From positions 59,562 through 123,561 of the IMG/VR virus record IMGVR_UViG_3300025652_009361: a stretch of 64,000 nucleotides of DNA. One strand, 5' to 3'. The notes below the pieces were generated by a model, which saw only the letters and a list, made by a program, of their open reading frames with translations, did not search any database and was not told the origin of the DNA. The translations under genes were made by a program, and so were the position numbers. The DNA is from a virus. This document shows, piece after piece, positions 28,346 through 37,622 of this stretch. Numbering within the stretch: position 1 is the first letter of the stretch; each line of letters opens with the position of its first letter.

Positions 28346-28350
28346 TGTTA

Positions 28351-28758
28351 TTATAATATTACACCTTGAGACTCGAAAAGATGTCTATCTATTATATCCT
28401 TTTGAAAAATTGTCACAAGTGTAATTTGATTTATTTCACAAAATTTTTCTTTATTTTGATCTCGTTTCAGTTGATCTAAATATTTGAATCTATTTTGATG
28501 AAAAAATTCAACATACTTTACGTGCTGTTGCCCTTGGACCTCTATGGCTACTTTTTTATTAGCGTTATAGAAATCCAAGGACAATCTTGATCCCACTACT
28601 GGAAATTCTTCAAAAACTACATCTTGGTCCCAGTATAATTTAATAAACTTTTTTACTGTAGTTTGAAATTTACTTCTACTACTACCATCCCAGTCTATTA
28701 AATATTTTCTGAGGTTTTTATACCTCTTCTTCTTCCCGTAGATCGTCAGTAGTTCCAT
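28351..28758 (-). CDS. PD-(D/E)xK / Vsr-DUF559-like endonuclease
   Basis: EEFPV..LSLDFY...VAIEVQGQQH..RDQNKEKFC. Confidence 0.8.
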   Translation of the reverse strand: MELLTIYGKKKRYKNLRKYLIDWDGSSRSKFQTTVKKFIKLYWDQDVVFEEFPVVGSRLSLDFYNANKKVAIEVQGQQHVKYVEFFHQNRFKYLDQLKRDQNKEKFCEINQITLVTIFQKDIIDRHLFESQGVIL

Positions 28759-29914
28759 CTATATCTTCGTTTAAAAATGACAACAGATTCTGTTTTATAT
28801 ACCCGACAAAGAATTTTTTAACATTTTTGTTTTCTGATATAAGGGCTTCTAACTTAGGTACTCCTTGTATTTGGCTAGAAAGATCTACTCCAAACTTTCT
28901 CGCAGTTTCTACAACATCTTCTTCGAAAGAAAGCCAAGCTCCTTTTTTAATTACCATGCCCCAACCTTGAATAAAATCGCTAATTTCTTTTTCTATCCAA
29001 TTTGATGTGCCGTTTTTTCTTCCATATTTAATTGGGTACCGTATTACAGAATTAGTTCTTTCGTTAGGAGATTTTTTAACTGTGACTTTTACTTGGTGGC
29101 CTATATATGGGTTTTTTTGGACATCTGGAATAGCTTTTTCGTCTTGAAGAATTAAATCAGACTTATGCCTAGCTTCAAACTGGAGAATCCAATTAGCGAA
29201 ATGCAAAAGAGCGTTACCTCCTGTAGCAGAAGTTTGCCTGATTGGAGCTTTGCTGTAAGGATCTAATTTAATATTATCTCTAACTTGAGAAATGAATATT
29301 GCAATATGTCCTCTTTTCTGAAGAGCTGCTGCGCATTTTTTCATGAATGTACCTGCAACAACTGCACCACCAGCAACTTTTTGAGATTCTTCAAAAGTTT
29401 TGGCTAAATCGTCTTTTCTTAATAAACCATCTAAAGAATCGACAATAAAAAAGTATTTATTATTTTCTTGGTTTTTCCCTACTAGTTGTCTCATGGCGTC
29501 AACAGCGGTCTCGTATATATTAGTTTCAAATACGAAACAGGTTCCTTCTGTCCAGTCTTCAGAATTTGTCACGAATTTAACTCCTGACCGCTCTGAAATT
29601 TCTTCGCCTAATCTGCCTTCAGCTTTAATATAAAAACCTTTCCTGTTTTCGTTTTTAACGTCTAAAAAGCTTTTTAGAAACTGAAGTGCGCAACTGGTTT
29701 TACCTCCTTCGTTCATTCCTACAAATCTATGTAGCCCAGTTCCTAGGCCTCCGTTCAAATAATAATCAAGAGTCATGCTGCCGCTTGGAACTTTATAATT
29801 AATAGTTTCCTCAAAATTAAAATGTGAATCTTTATTTTGTTTCAAAAAGCTACTTAACTGTTCTTGTGAAGTTAAAACGCTATTTCCAACATCCTTTTTA
29901 CTTGTTTTTTTCAT
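28718..29914 (-). CDS. recA: RecA/UvsX-like recombinase
   Basis: SGSMTLDYYLNGGL, GMNEGGKTS, IVDSLDGL, FISQVR, TGGNALLHFA. Confidence 0.9.
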   Translation of the reverse strand: MKKTSKKDVGNSVLTSQEQLSSFLKQNKDSHFNFEETINYKVPSGSMTLDYYLNGGLGTGLHRFVGMNEGGKTSCALQFLKSFLDVKNENRKGFYIKAEGRLGEEISERSGVKFVTNSEDWTEGTCFVFETNIYETAVDAMRQLVGKNQENNKYFFIVDSLDGLLRKDDLAKTFEESQKVAGGAVVAGTFMKKCAAALQKRGHIAIFISQVRDNIKLDPYSKAPIRQTSATGGNALLHFANWILQFEARHKSDLILQDEKAIPDVQKNPYIGHQVKVTVKKSPNERTNSVIRYPIKYGRKNGTSNWIEKEISDFIQGWGMVIKKGAWLSFEEDVVETARKFGVDLSSQIQGVPKLEALISENKNVKKFFVGYIKQNLLSFLNEDIDGTTDDLREEEEV

Positions 29915-30236
29915 CGTTCTCTATAAACTTTCTTATTGTGTTTACTTTCTTTTTTATTTTTCTTGTTCTACCTTCTTTATCACCAATTTTTATTTCAGGA
30001 TTTATGTATTCAGGTATGTGTTTGCTGTAATGATAATCAACGTACCTGAAGAAATTATTATTTAAAAGACATTTTATCGATGGAGGTTTTTCTCTTATAT
30101 CAAATTTCATCCAAAATGACATATCAGGATATCTTTCTAGCACTTTTTTCAATAACTTGTACTCTCTGGACCAAAAAGATGTAGTCTGCTTTTCTGGTAC
30201 AGAAATAAGCTTCTTAAGGAGATCCTTTTTATTCAT
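29898..30236 (-). CDS. Hypothetical protein
   Basis: First gene after a sigma70 promoter. Start adjusted to ATG 30236. Confidence 0.7.
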   Translation of the reverse strand: MNKKDLLKKLISVPEKQTTSFWSREYKLLKKVLERYPDMSFWMKFDIREKPPSIKCLLNNNFFRYVDYHYSKHIPEYINPEIKIGDKEGRTRKIKKKVNTIRKFIENDEKNK

Positions 30237-30244
30237 CAATAACA

Positions 30245-30273
30245 ATTCTAAGCTGAAAAGCCTACAATGTCAA
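30245..30273 (-). promoter_or_regulatory. Sigma70-like promoter of the recA/replication operon
   Basis: TTGACA-N17-TAGAAT immediately downstream of a terminator. Confidence 0.8.
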
Positions 30274-30276
30274 AAG

Positions 30277-30300
30277 AAAAACCGCCGAATCGGCGGTTTT
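30277..30300. terminator. Intrinsic terminator
   Basis: AAAACCGCCG-aat-CGGCGGTTTT. Confidence 0.8.
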
Positions 30301-30304
30301 GATG

Positions 30305-30838
30305 TTATTCGTTGGTGGGAGTGAAAGTTGGGCTTTGTAAGCCCGGATTTTTCAGAGCTTCTTCTACATTCTTCTTTTTTAGCTCTTCGTCTATCTTTAA
30401 TCCTTCTTCTGCAAGTTTAGGAGTAATTTCTCCTGTATCTGGAGCGGGTTTTTCCACAAAAACTGCTGTAGGTTCCGCTTTCATTTCCATAGCTCCAGCT
30501 AGACTTTCTAACTGTTTTTTTCCTTTATCTGACAAAGTGCCAGCTTTTTCGTATCTTTTTAAAATTCCTACTTTTAATCCGTCAGGCATTTTTTTTTGCT
30601 TGTCTGTTAATTCGCCCTCTCCTTCCATGAGCATCATCTTATTCTTTTCGTAAGACATACCACACATATATTTAGCATCAGATGTTGACATTCCAGCTGT
30701 GTCTACAAACATGGCTTCATCCATCATGCAGTGGTGTATATAAGAGGCATACGTTTCTTTTTCTGCCTCTTCTACTGAATTTGAAATGTAAACTTCTGCT
30801 ATTAGTTTTTTATTATCTACTTTAAGATTTGATTTCAT
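30305..30838 (-). CDS. Hypothetical protein
   Basis: 177 aa ORF followed by a terminator. Confidence 0.8.
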   Translation of the reverse strand: MKSNLKVDNKKLIAEVYISNSVEEAEKETYASYIHHCMMDEAMFVDTAGMSTSDAKYMCGMSYEKNKMMLMEGEGELTDKQKKMPDGLKVGILKRYEKAGTLSDKGKKQLESLAGAMEMKAEPTAVFVEKPAPDTGEITPKLAEEGLKIDEELKKKNVEEALKNPGLQSPTFTPTNE

Positions 30839-30844
30839 GTTAAT

Positions 30845-30933
30845 TTAAGATTTATATTTTCCGTTTCTTTTTTAGCGATCACAATATCGCTTTTAACCAA
30901 AACCTTTCGGGTTAGAACAGTCTATGGATTTTT
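30845..30933 (-). pseudogene. Decayed C-terminal domain of the upstream gene
   Basis: After a frameshift in an A5 run the frame reads SIDCSNPKGFG*KRYCDR*KRNGKYKS*. Confidence 0.6.
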
Positions 30934-31848
30934 ATACCGTAGGCTCCATCTTGTTTTCATTCCTTCTCTAGGCGCATTTTCATTTACTTCTAAAGCTTGT
31001 AGCTGATCAATTGTTTTCTTTAAAATATCACCTTTTTTGTAAGTTGGGCCATCATTGATCACTTCATAGGCAACAATTTTTCCCATATTTTCTGGGAGAT
31101 TTAAAATTTGTTTCACAATGCCTTCGCTGCCATAATGTTTACAATCAGCATTAACATTCATGATACGTATACCCTCTTTTAAACCAGTTTCATCTTCGAT
31201 CTCAAAACCTTTTTGATCGCTAGGATAAACCATGTAACTATGAACAGAAGCTAAATAATCTTCTATAATGGTTATTTTGCTTTGAATCCAAGGCTCTAAT
31301 TTACTAGCTAAAGCTGGATTTTTCCCTAGTCTTTCAAGTAAGTCTTTAGAAAAATCAGCTATAAATGCTAATTGACCTAAAGCCATCCTGTAAGCATCTT
31401 CGATCATATCCGAATCATCGGCTTCAATTTCTTCAGAGATTTCTTCAGCTTTAGATAAATAAGGGACTAAATTAATTAAATCCTTTTCTTCCCAGTATGT
31501 TAGCCCATCCCATTGATGAACTACATCGTCAATAGAGCCTTTAGAGAGGTAATCTGTAACAGATTTTTTGCTTTCCCACATTTTACAGCTCCAATAACGA
31601 GCTTTCCATCGTGGTCCGGGGTTTGTGTCGCATTTATGGCGAGCACGAAAACTTTTTCTGCGATTAGGGTCATCGCGTTTAATTTCCATATTGGGGTCAC
31701 CAAAATTAACTTTTACGATATTGCCTTTTTCGTTTTTAACGTAAACAGCGAATTTTTTAGGCCCTTTAGATGTTCTGAAAGGCTTATTTAAAGTTTTTTT
31801 CTCTTTTGAAGCTTTAATTTGACTGCTTAAGTTAACTGAGATGTCCAT
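30922..31848 (-). CDS. DUF6321-like phage protein, multidomain
   Basis: LNKPFR..GPKKFAVYV...VNFGDP..RRKSFRARHKC...ARYWSC. Confidence 0.75.
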   Translation of the reverse strand: MDISVNLSSQIKASKEKKTLNKPFRTSKGPKKFAVYVKNEKGNIVKVNFGDPNMEIKRDDPNRRKSFRARHKCDTNPGPRWKARYWSCKMWESKKSVTDYLSKGSIDDVVHQWDGLTYWEEKDLINLVPYLSKAEEISEEIEADDSDMIEDAYRMALGQLAFIADFSKDLLERLGKNPALASKLEPWIQSKITIIEDYLASVHSYMVYPSDQKGFEIEDETGLKEGIRIMNVNADCKHYGSEGIVKQILNLPENMGKIVAYEVINDGPTYKKGDILKKTIDQLQALEVNENAPREGMKTRWSLRYKNP

Positions 31849-31849
31849 T

Positions 31850-31984
31850 TTATTCCGTATCTAGATATTCTGAATTAAATTCATTATCATTTACACCAAA
31901 TCCCCTTAAATCAGAAGTAGCTTCTTCAAAATCTCGTTCATCGAAATCAGCGAAATAAAAAAAATCTAAATTTAATTGTTCCAT
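31850..31984 (-). CDS. Small acidic hypothetical protein (44 aa)
   Basis: Manual translation MEQLNLDFFYFADFDERDFEEA... exactly fills the gap. Confidence 0.6.
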   Translation of the reverse strand: MEQLNLDFFYFADFDERDFEEATSDLRGFGVNDNEFNSEYLDTE

Positions 31985-31986
31985 AA

Positions 31987-32457
31987 TTAGTCTCTAGCTA
32001 TATCTTGATCCGCTCTTCTATAAGCTTCTTTAACTTTTCCTCCTCTTCGCATTTTTAAAAACATATTTACTCTGGCCATAGCCCACTGAGCACGACTTTT
32101 CCCGGGTCTATGAGAAGAACTAAAAGCCCCGAGCCCTCTTCTGTAAACTTTTTTAAGTTGACCTAATGTAACTTTTTTAGAATATTTAACATTATGGTCT
32201 TTAACTTTTTGTTTTAATGCGTTAGTGACTTTTTCGCTAAAAGTTATTTTAGCTTTAGAGACGAACTCTTTTTCGTCTTTTTTCTTCAAATTTTTTTCAG
32301 CTTTTTCTTTAGCATCAGGAGAGGTCCCAGCCGATCCGGGCTTGTTTATACTAGAACCTTTTTTACGTTCCTCTGGTTTAGCGGGAGTTTGAGCAGAACT
32401 TTTAGGTCCTTGTCTTTTTTTTGCTATAGCTTTTGAAAAATCTAAAGTAAATTCCAT
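31987..32457 (-). CDS. DUF5824-like basic phage protein
   Basis: LKKVYRRGLGAFSSSHRPG..RAQWAMARVNMFL. GTGTA 12 nt upstream. Confidence 0.7.
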   Translation of the reverse strand: MEFTLDFSKAIAKKRQGPKSSAQTPAKPEERKKGSSINKPGSAGTSPDAKEKAEKNLKKKDEKEFVSKAKITFSEKVTNALKQKVKDHNVKYSKKVTLGQLKKVYRRGLGAFSSSHRPGKSRAQWAMARVNMFLKMRRGGKVKEAYRRADQDIARD

Positions 32458-32499
32458 TACGTAAAATTTTACACTAGATTTATGATGCTTAGAATATAA

Positions 32500-34479
32500 T
32501 TATCTAATAGGACATGCTCCACCTTCACACTCAATACCATCTAAAGTATCTCCTGAAATATTTATTTTAGAAAGAGGTTTTACTTTAGATTTTGCTTTAT
32601 CGTAATCTTTTTCGTCAATTTCTTGATAAGGAGCTTGTTTAAAACCGTGCTCTTGTCTTAAAAGAAAACTAACACTCTTGATGTTATTTTTATAATTATC
32701 TTTCAGCCATTCTTTTAACTCATCTAATTCTTCTGGCGAATAGTAAGCAGTAACGCTAACAGCATTGTCGCTCCAGTTTTCTTGAAGAATTTTTACCATT
32801 TCAAGTTGTTTAATTACGCCCATATCTTTAGCTAAAATTGCTCCATCTGGAGTTTTACATGGAAAATAAACGACAACTGTATCTCGATTTTCAGAACCAT
32901 CAAAATTTAACAGGAATTCTGTTTTGTAGCCTAAGTCTCTGCAAATTTGCACTAATTGATCGCTACTGCTCATTCTAACAGTTCTAAAATAATATTTAGA
33001 ATAGGCAGGGTGAACGCCGGGAGTAGATCCGGCTAAAAGACTGAGTGTTCCAGAAGGCTTAACAGTTGTTAACTTAATGCTTTCAGGCAAACCTTTTTGT
33101 TCGCTCCATTGTTTGTCGAATTTTCTTAATTCTTCATAGCACTCGTCAAGCCAGCTAATTTTGTGCATGGACTGGCAAATACCTGTGACACCTAAGCCAA
33201 GGCGCATGTTTTTATGTACAATTGCATTTGTTTCGTCATGTAAGAATGGCAATCCAGCGATAGCTTTTTGAGCTTTATAAAGTAATTTAGCGCACTCGTT
33301 TAATTCTTTTTGACTTTCTATGTTATTTAAATACAATTCACAAAGATTGCAACACTCATAATCAGAGAGGCTAATTTCACCGCAAGGATTAGTTCCTACG
33401 ACGTTATCAACTTTAGTGGGGTAAATCTCTGTATTCTTCATTAAGCCGTCTTTTAAACGGCCATATTTTCTTGACAATGGTAAGTTAAAAAATCCATACG
33501 GTTCACCATTTGCGAACCCTGTCTTTTTGTTTATCTCGTAACCATTTTTCCAAAACTCTTCCATAAGATGAGAATAATCATCGACATATAAAGTGTTGTT
33601 GCTCATTGCTCTCCAGTTAGGAACATTACCGGAACCCCAATTCTTTGCTCGAAGATAAAGAACATCATCAGGATCACCTAAAGCAATCTCTGCAGATCTG
33701 CGAACATTACCGGCGACAACAACGCTACCAATAATATTGCAAATATCTAAAACATCTAAAGACCTAAGCTTTTTGCCTTCTCTGTCTTTAAATACTTTAC
33801 AAATCTTTTCGATACCTTCCACAAGAATAGCAGGACCACTAGCTTTACCACCAAAACCTTCAATTTTTTCACCAGCACCTCTGATTAAAATTGTGCTATA
33901 AGAAAAACTCTTTCCAGTTTCAAAAAAAGCATTTAGAACATTTTCAAGTAGTTTGACCCATCCTTCTCTAGAATCTGGAATAATAAAGTCAGCATCTTTC
34001 TTGGGTTTATGAACAATTTCTACATCTTTTTTAATTCTAGGTAATTCATGGACATCTTCTCTGCGAATGCTATACCCAACTCCGCCGCCAAGCATAAGGT
34101 TTTCAAAAAGAAATAAAAATGCTTTAGGTTCTTTCATGCTAGCAAACCAGCAATTAAGAAGAGAGTTCGCGCCAAACCTATCAACAGTGGAGGTGCCGAG
34201 TTGCCAGAGCATTCGTCCAGCAAAATTACATTTTAAATTAAAAACATAATCATAAATTTTTTCTGCTTCTTTTTTAGTGTATCCAGCTCCAATTTTTTGT
34301 GCGCCTTGTACGCATCTAGCAACAGTTTCGTGCCATTCTTCTGTTGTGTTATCGTCTTTTAATCTGGCATAAGTACGTTTGTAAACAATATATCCGAGCC
34401 CGTTAAAGCCCCATTTTGGTTGTTTATTCTTATATTTATCGAGAAAATCCTGAGAGAGTATGCCTTCGTTTTGTGCCAT
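32500..34479 (-). CDS. nrdJ: Ribonucleoside-triphosphate reductase, adenosylcobalamin-dependent (class II, monomeric type)
   Basis: LLNCW, GGGVG, GNVRRSA, TNPCGEI, CNLCE, VKPSGT, C-terminal CEGGACPIR. Confidence 0.95.
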   Translation of the reverse strand: MAQNEGILSQDFLDKYKNKQPKWGFNGLGYIVYKRTYARLKDDNTTEEWHETVARCVQGAQKIGAGYTKKEAEKIYDYVFNLKCNFAGRMLWQLGTSTVDRFGANSLLNCWFASMKEPKAFLFLFENLMLGGGVGYSIRREDVHELPRIKKDVEIVHKPKKDADFIIPDSREGWVKLLENVLNAFFETGKSFSYSTILIRGAGEKIEGFGGKASGPAILVEGIEKICKVFKDREGKKLRSLDVLDICNIIGSVVVAGNVRRSAEIALGDPDDVLYLRAKNWGSGNVPNWRAMSNNTLYVDDYSHLMEEFWKNGYEINKKTGFANGEPYGFFNLPLSRKYGRLKDGLMKNTEIYPTKVDNVVGTNPCGEISLSDYECCNLCELYLNNIESQKELNECAKLLYKAQKAIAGLPFLHDETNAIVHKNMRLGLGVTGICQSMHKISWLDECYEELRKFDKQWSEQKGLPESIKLTTVKPSGTLSLLAGSTPGVHPAYSKYYFRTVRMSSSDQLVQICRDLGYKTEFLLNFDGSENRDTVVVYFPCKTPDGAILAKDMGVIKQLEMVKILQENWSDNAVSVTAYYSPEELDELKEWLKDNYKNNIKSVSFLLRQEHGFKQAPYQEIDEKDYDKAKSKVKPLSKINISGDTLDGIECEGGACPIR

Positions 34480-34497
34480 TGTATTCCTAATTATACA

Positions 34498-35556
34498 CTA
34501 ATTTTTGTAGTTGTCTATGTCGAACTTTACCATTTTCGAAACTAATTTGTCAAACGATATCTGCGGCTCCCATTCAAGTTCTTTTCTGGCTGAAGAAGAG
34601 TCTCCAAGAAGAAGTTCTACTTCGGCAGGTCGGTAAAATTTTTCATTTATTTTCACTAATACAGAAGATTTAATATCAGATTCGTCCATGATATAATTAG
34701 GTAATGAATACTCTTCTTTTGTTCCTTTTCCGTGCCATACTCCTTCTATGCCAGCTTCAGTAAAAGCTTTTTCCACAAATTCTCTAATAGAGTGAGTTTC
34801 ATCGCTAGATAGTATATAATCTTTAGGTTTTTCTAAGTTTAACATTTTCCAAACACCTTTGACAAAATCTTCGCTATCGCTCCAATCTCTTCTTGAATCT
34901 AAATTTCCTAACTCTAAAGGTTTAAAGGGTTCTTTATTATTTATAGCGTGATGTATTCTAGCTACATTTTTGGTTATTTTTCTTGTAACAAATTCTTCTC
35001 CTCTCTTAGTGCCTTCGTGATTGAATAAAATACTATGAATAGCAAAAATATTATAAGATTCTCTGTAAACTTTAACAATATGTCGCGCAGAAGCTTTAGA
35101 CGCTCCGTAAGGGCTTCTGGGTTTTAATGGGTGTTTTAAATCTTGAGGGCTGTAATCAACATTTCCCCATTCTTCACTAGATCCAGCTGAGTAAAATCTA
35201 CAAGAAGGTTTAATGTTTTTGATGGCTTCTAAACACCTTAAAACTCCAATAGCGTTAACATTAAACATTTGCTCCGGCATTTGCCAGCTACATCCAACAT
35301 AACTGTTTGCTGCAAAGTTAATAAAGTAATCTGGTTGGACTTTTTTCACTATCTGATTGATACTGTGGGGGTCAGATAAATCACCATATTCAAATTTAAA
35401 TCTTTTATTGTTTTTAAATTTATCGCAATTGCTTAAGTTAGGGTTAGACGAACGTCTCATCATTCCAACCAATTGATGATCTGTGTTTTCTAACAGGTAC
35501 TCAGCCATATTAGCTCCATCTTGACCTGTTACCCCTGTTATTAAAACTGTTTTCAT
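34498..35556 (-). CDS. gmd: GDP-mannose 4,6-dehydratase
   Basis: ITGVTGQDG, SSEE, PRSPYGASK, FNHE..RGEEFVTRKIT, LGNLDSRRDW, YRPAEV. Confidence 0.95.
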   Translation of the reverse strand: MKTVLITGVTGQDGANMAEYLLENTDHQLVGMMRRSSNPNLSNCDKFKNNKRFKFEYGDLSDPHSINQIVKKVQPDYFINFAANSYVGCSWQMPEQMFNVNAIGVLRCLEAIKNIKPSCRFYSAGSSEEWGNVDYSPQDLKHPLKPRSPYGASKASARHIVKVYRESYNIFAIHSILFNHEGTKRGEEFVTRKITKNVARIHHAINNKEPFKPLELGNLDSRRDWSDSEDFVKGVWKMLNLEKPKDYILSSDETHSIREFVEKAFTEAGIEGVWHGKGTKEEYSLPNYIMDESDIKSSVLVKINEKFYRPAEVELLLGDSSSARKELEWEPQISFDKLVSKMVKFDIDNYKN

Positions 35557-35557
35557 G

Positions 35558-36715
35558 TTATAGATTATTTATTACTGAAGTTAATTTTTCTATTTGTTTT
35601 TCTTTCACTTTACTGTGTAAGCCTACGTAGAATCCGTTTTGATGAATGTATTCGCTATTTATGAAGTCTTGAGGGTTGCCGTATTTCTTGAAACAAGTTT
35701 GTCGCAAGAGGTTTCCAGATATGACTGGTCTTGTTTCAATATTGTTAGTCTCGCAATAACTTAAAACTCTATCTTTATCTTTTCGAGAATTAAAAATAAG
35801 AGGAATACAAAAAGGAACGTCTGAACTATTGGTTAAGCTTTTAGGTAATTTAATTTTTCCACAATCAATTTTAGATTTAAAAAAACTAAAAAGTTTTAAT
35901 CTGTCAGAGACATATTTTTGTTTGCGTTTTAAGTCTAGCAGTCCTATAAATGCGTGAATGTCACTATTGCGAGAATTATTGCCTAGAAGATAAAAATCAA
36001 ATCTAGAATCAACATCTTTGTTTAAATATTTTTCTTTATCTTCGATGCTTCTGGTCATGCCGTGATTCCTATACATTGAAAATAAATCTTTCTCTTCTTT
36101 ACTGTTCGTGAAAATAAAGCCTCCCTCTACGCTTTGTAGCTGGTGGCCGAAATATGTGCTGGTTGTGCTAGTAAAATAACTTGAAGCGTTTTTCATTTTG
36201 TACTCGCTAAAAGTGTTTTCGCAGTTATCTAACATTATTTCTATTTCGTATTTGCTTTTTATTTCAGAAAGCCTATTAAAATCTGGATTGAAGCCAAGTA
36301 AACTGGTTAAAAAAACACATCTTACACTTTGGTGGTTTTCTTCTAAATAATCTTCTAACTTATCTAAATCCATAGCATAATTGTCTAAACTTATATCTAT
36401 GAATTTAACATCGAAACCTTCTCTTATAAAGGGGCTCACCGATGTAACCCATGTTGTGGATGGGAAAAGTATCACATTTTTTTTAGTTGGTTTATAATAG
36501 TAATCTTTTAAATAGTAAGCTAAAATTGTGTTCGCTGTAGAGCCACTAGAGACAAATAAAGCGTATTTACTTCCAGAAAGCTTTGCCATTTCTTTTTCAA
36601 ATTTATTTACATTTGAACTCATGGTCCAAAAGTTATTTGAAGAAAGAAAAAAAAGACAGAGTTTTAATCTGTCTAAAATAGTGAAATTAGATTCATTTAA
36701 CTTCCAGTTTTTCAT
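35558..36715 (-). CDS. PLP-dependent GDP-4-keto-6-deoxymannose 3-dehydratase (ColD-like, DegT family)
   Basis: SSGSTAN, DNCE, YFGHQLQSVEGG with His at the catalytic Lys position, IETRPVISGN. Confidence 0.8.
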   Translation of the reverse strand: MKNWKLNESNFTILDRLKLCLFFLSSNNFWTMSSNVNKFEKEMAKLSGSKYALFVSSGSTANTILAYYLKDYYYKPTKKNVILFPSTTWVTSVSPFIREGFDVKFIDISLDNYAMDLDKLEDYLEENHQSVRCVFLTSLLGFNPDFNRLSEIKSKYEIEIMLDNCENTFSEYKMKNASSYFTSTTSTYFGHQLQSVEGGFIFTNSKEEKDLFSMYRNHGMTRSIEDKEKYLNKDVDSRFDFYLLGNNSRNSDIHAFIGLLDLKRKQKYVSDRLKLFSFFKSKIDCGKIKLPKSLTNSSDVPFCIPLIFNSRKDKDRVLSYCETNNIETRPVISGNLLRQTCFKKYGNPQDFINSEYIHQNGFYVGLHSKVKEKQIEKLTSVINNL

Positions 36716-36716
36716 G

Positions 36717-37622
36717 CTATTTAAATTTATCGTTATAAACTTTGCTTATTCCGTCTTTTAATTTTGTGAATTTAAAATCAGGATACTTTTTTGAAAATTT
36801 TGAACTATCTGCGTCTTTCCTGTATTGACCGTCAGGTTTGCTGCTGTCCCATTTTATTTTTATTTCACTAGCATCGCAGCTATTTAATCCGATCTCGGCC
36901 ATTTCTTTAATGCTTAAATTTTCATTATTACAGATATTATATAGAAATGGTTGGCTTTCTCTAGATGTTATTTCTATAGCTTTAGCTAAATCTTCGGAAT
37001 ACATGAATTGCCTGAGTGGGGAACCTGTTCCCATTAATTCAATGTGCGAAATTTTGTTGATTTTAGCATTGTTTATTTTTTTGACTAAGCTAGATAAAAA
37101 GTGCGCTTTATCTCCTTCAAAATGATCATATTCAGAATAAAGATTACATGGAATTAAATTGCTGTAGTTAGTTTGATATTGCTTGTTATATGTTTCACAC
37201 TGAACAGCTAAACATCTTTTTGCGTATCCGTAAGAAAAGTTTGTTTGCGTAGGTGGTCCTTGGTGCAATAAGCTTTCTTTCATAGGATATTGATCACTGG
37301 AAACTTTATCTGGGTAAATGCATGTGCTAAGAATACCCGTAAAATTAAAAACATTATTTTTAAAACATGCTTTTAAAATATTAGTGTTTATGTAAATATT
37401 TTTTTCAAAAAAATCAACAGGGTTATTTATGTTATCCATGATTCCGCCAACTTTAGCGGCTAAATGAATAACTCTATCTGGTTTTACATCTTTTATTAAA
37501 TTGAATGTTTGATTGTAATTTTCTAAATCACAATCTTTACTGCTCAAATACAAAGCGTCAGGCATAATCTTTTGTAGATGTTTGCCTACCATGCTAGATC
37601 CTCCTGTTGCTAATATCTTCAT
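36717..37622 (-). CDS. GDP-L-fucose/colitose synthase (Fcl/ColC-like)
   Basis: HLAAKVGGI, LSTCIYP, YGYAKR, PCNLY, GTGSPLRQF, KPDGQ. Confidence 0.9.
   Translation of the reverse strand: MKILATGGSSMVGKHLQKIMPDALYLSSKDCDLENYNQTFNLIKDVKPDRVIHLAAKVGGIMDNINNPVDFFEKNIYINTNILKACFKNNVFNFTGILSTCIYPDKVSSDQYPMKESLLHQGPPTQTNFSYGYAKRCLAVQCETYNKQYQTNYSNLIPCNLYSEYDHFEGDKAHFLSSLVKKINNAKINKISHIELMGTGSPLRQFMYSEDLAKAIEITSRESQPFLYNICNNENLSIKEMAEIGLNSCDASEIKIKWDSSKPDGQYRKDADSSKFSKKYPDFKFTKLKDGISKVYNDKFK

Noticed and set aside
30872-30895. TAA-to-Gln stop codon reassignment
   Set aside because: TAA terminates most well-conserved genes in the window, which translate at full length in code 11.
31892-31896. GTGTA match
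   Set aside because: Lies inside the 44 aa ORF, 43 nt from the next start. Treated as chance.
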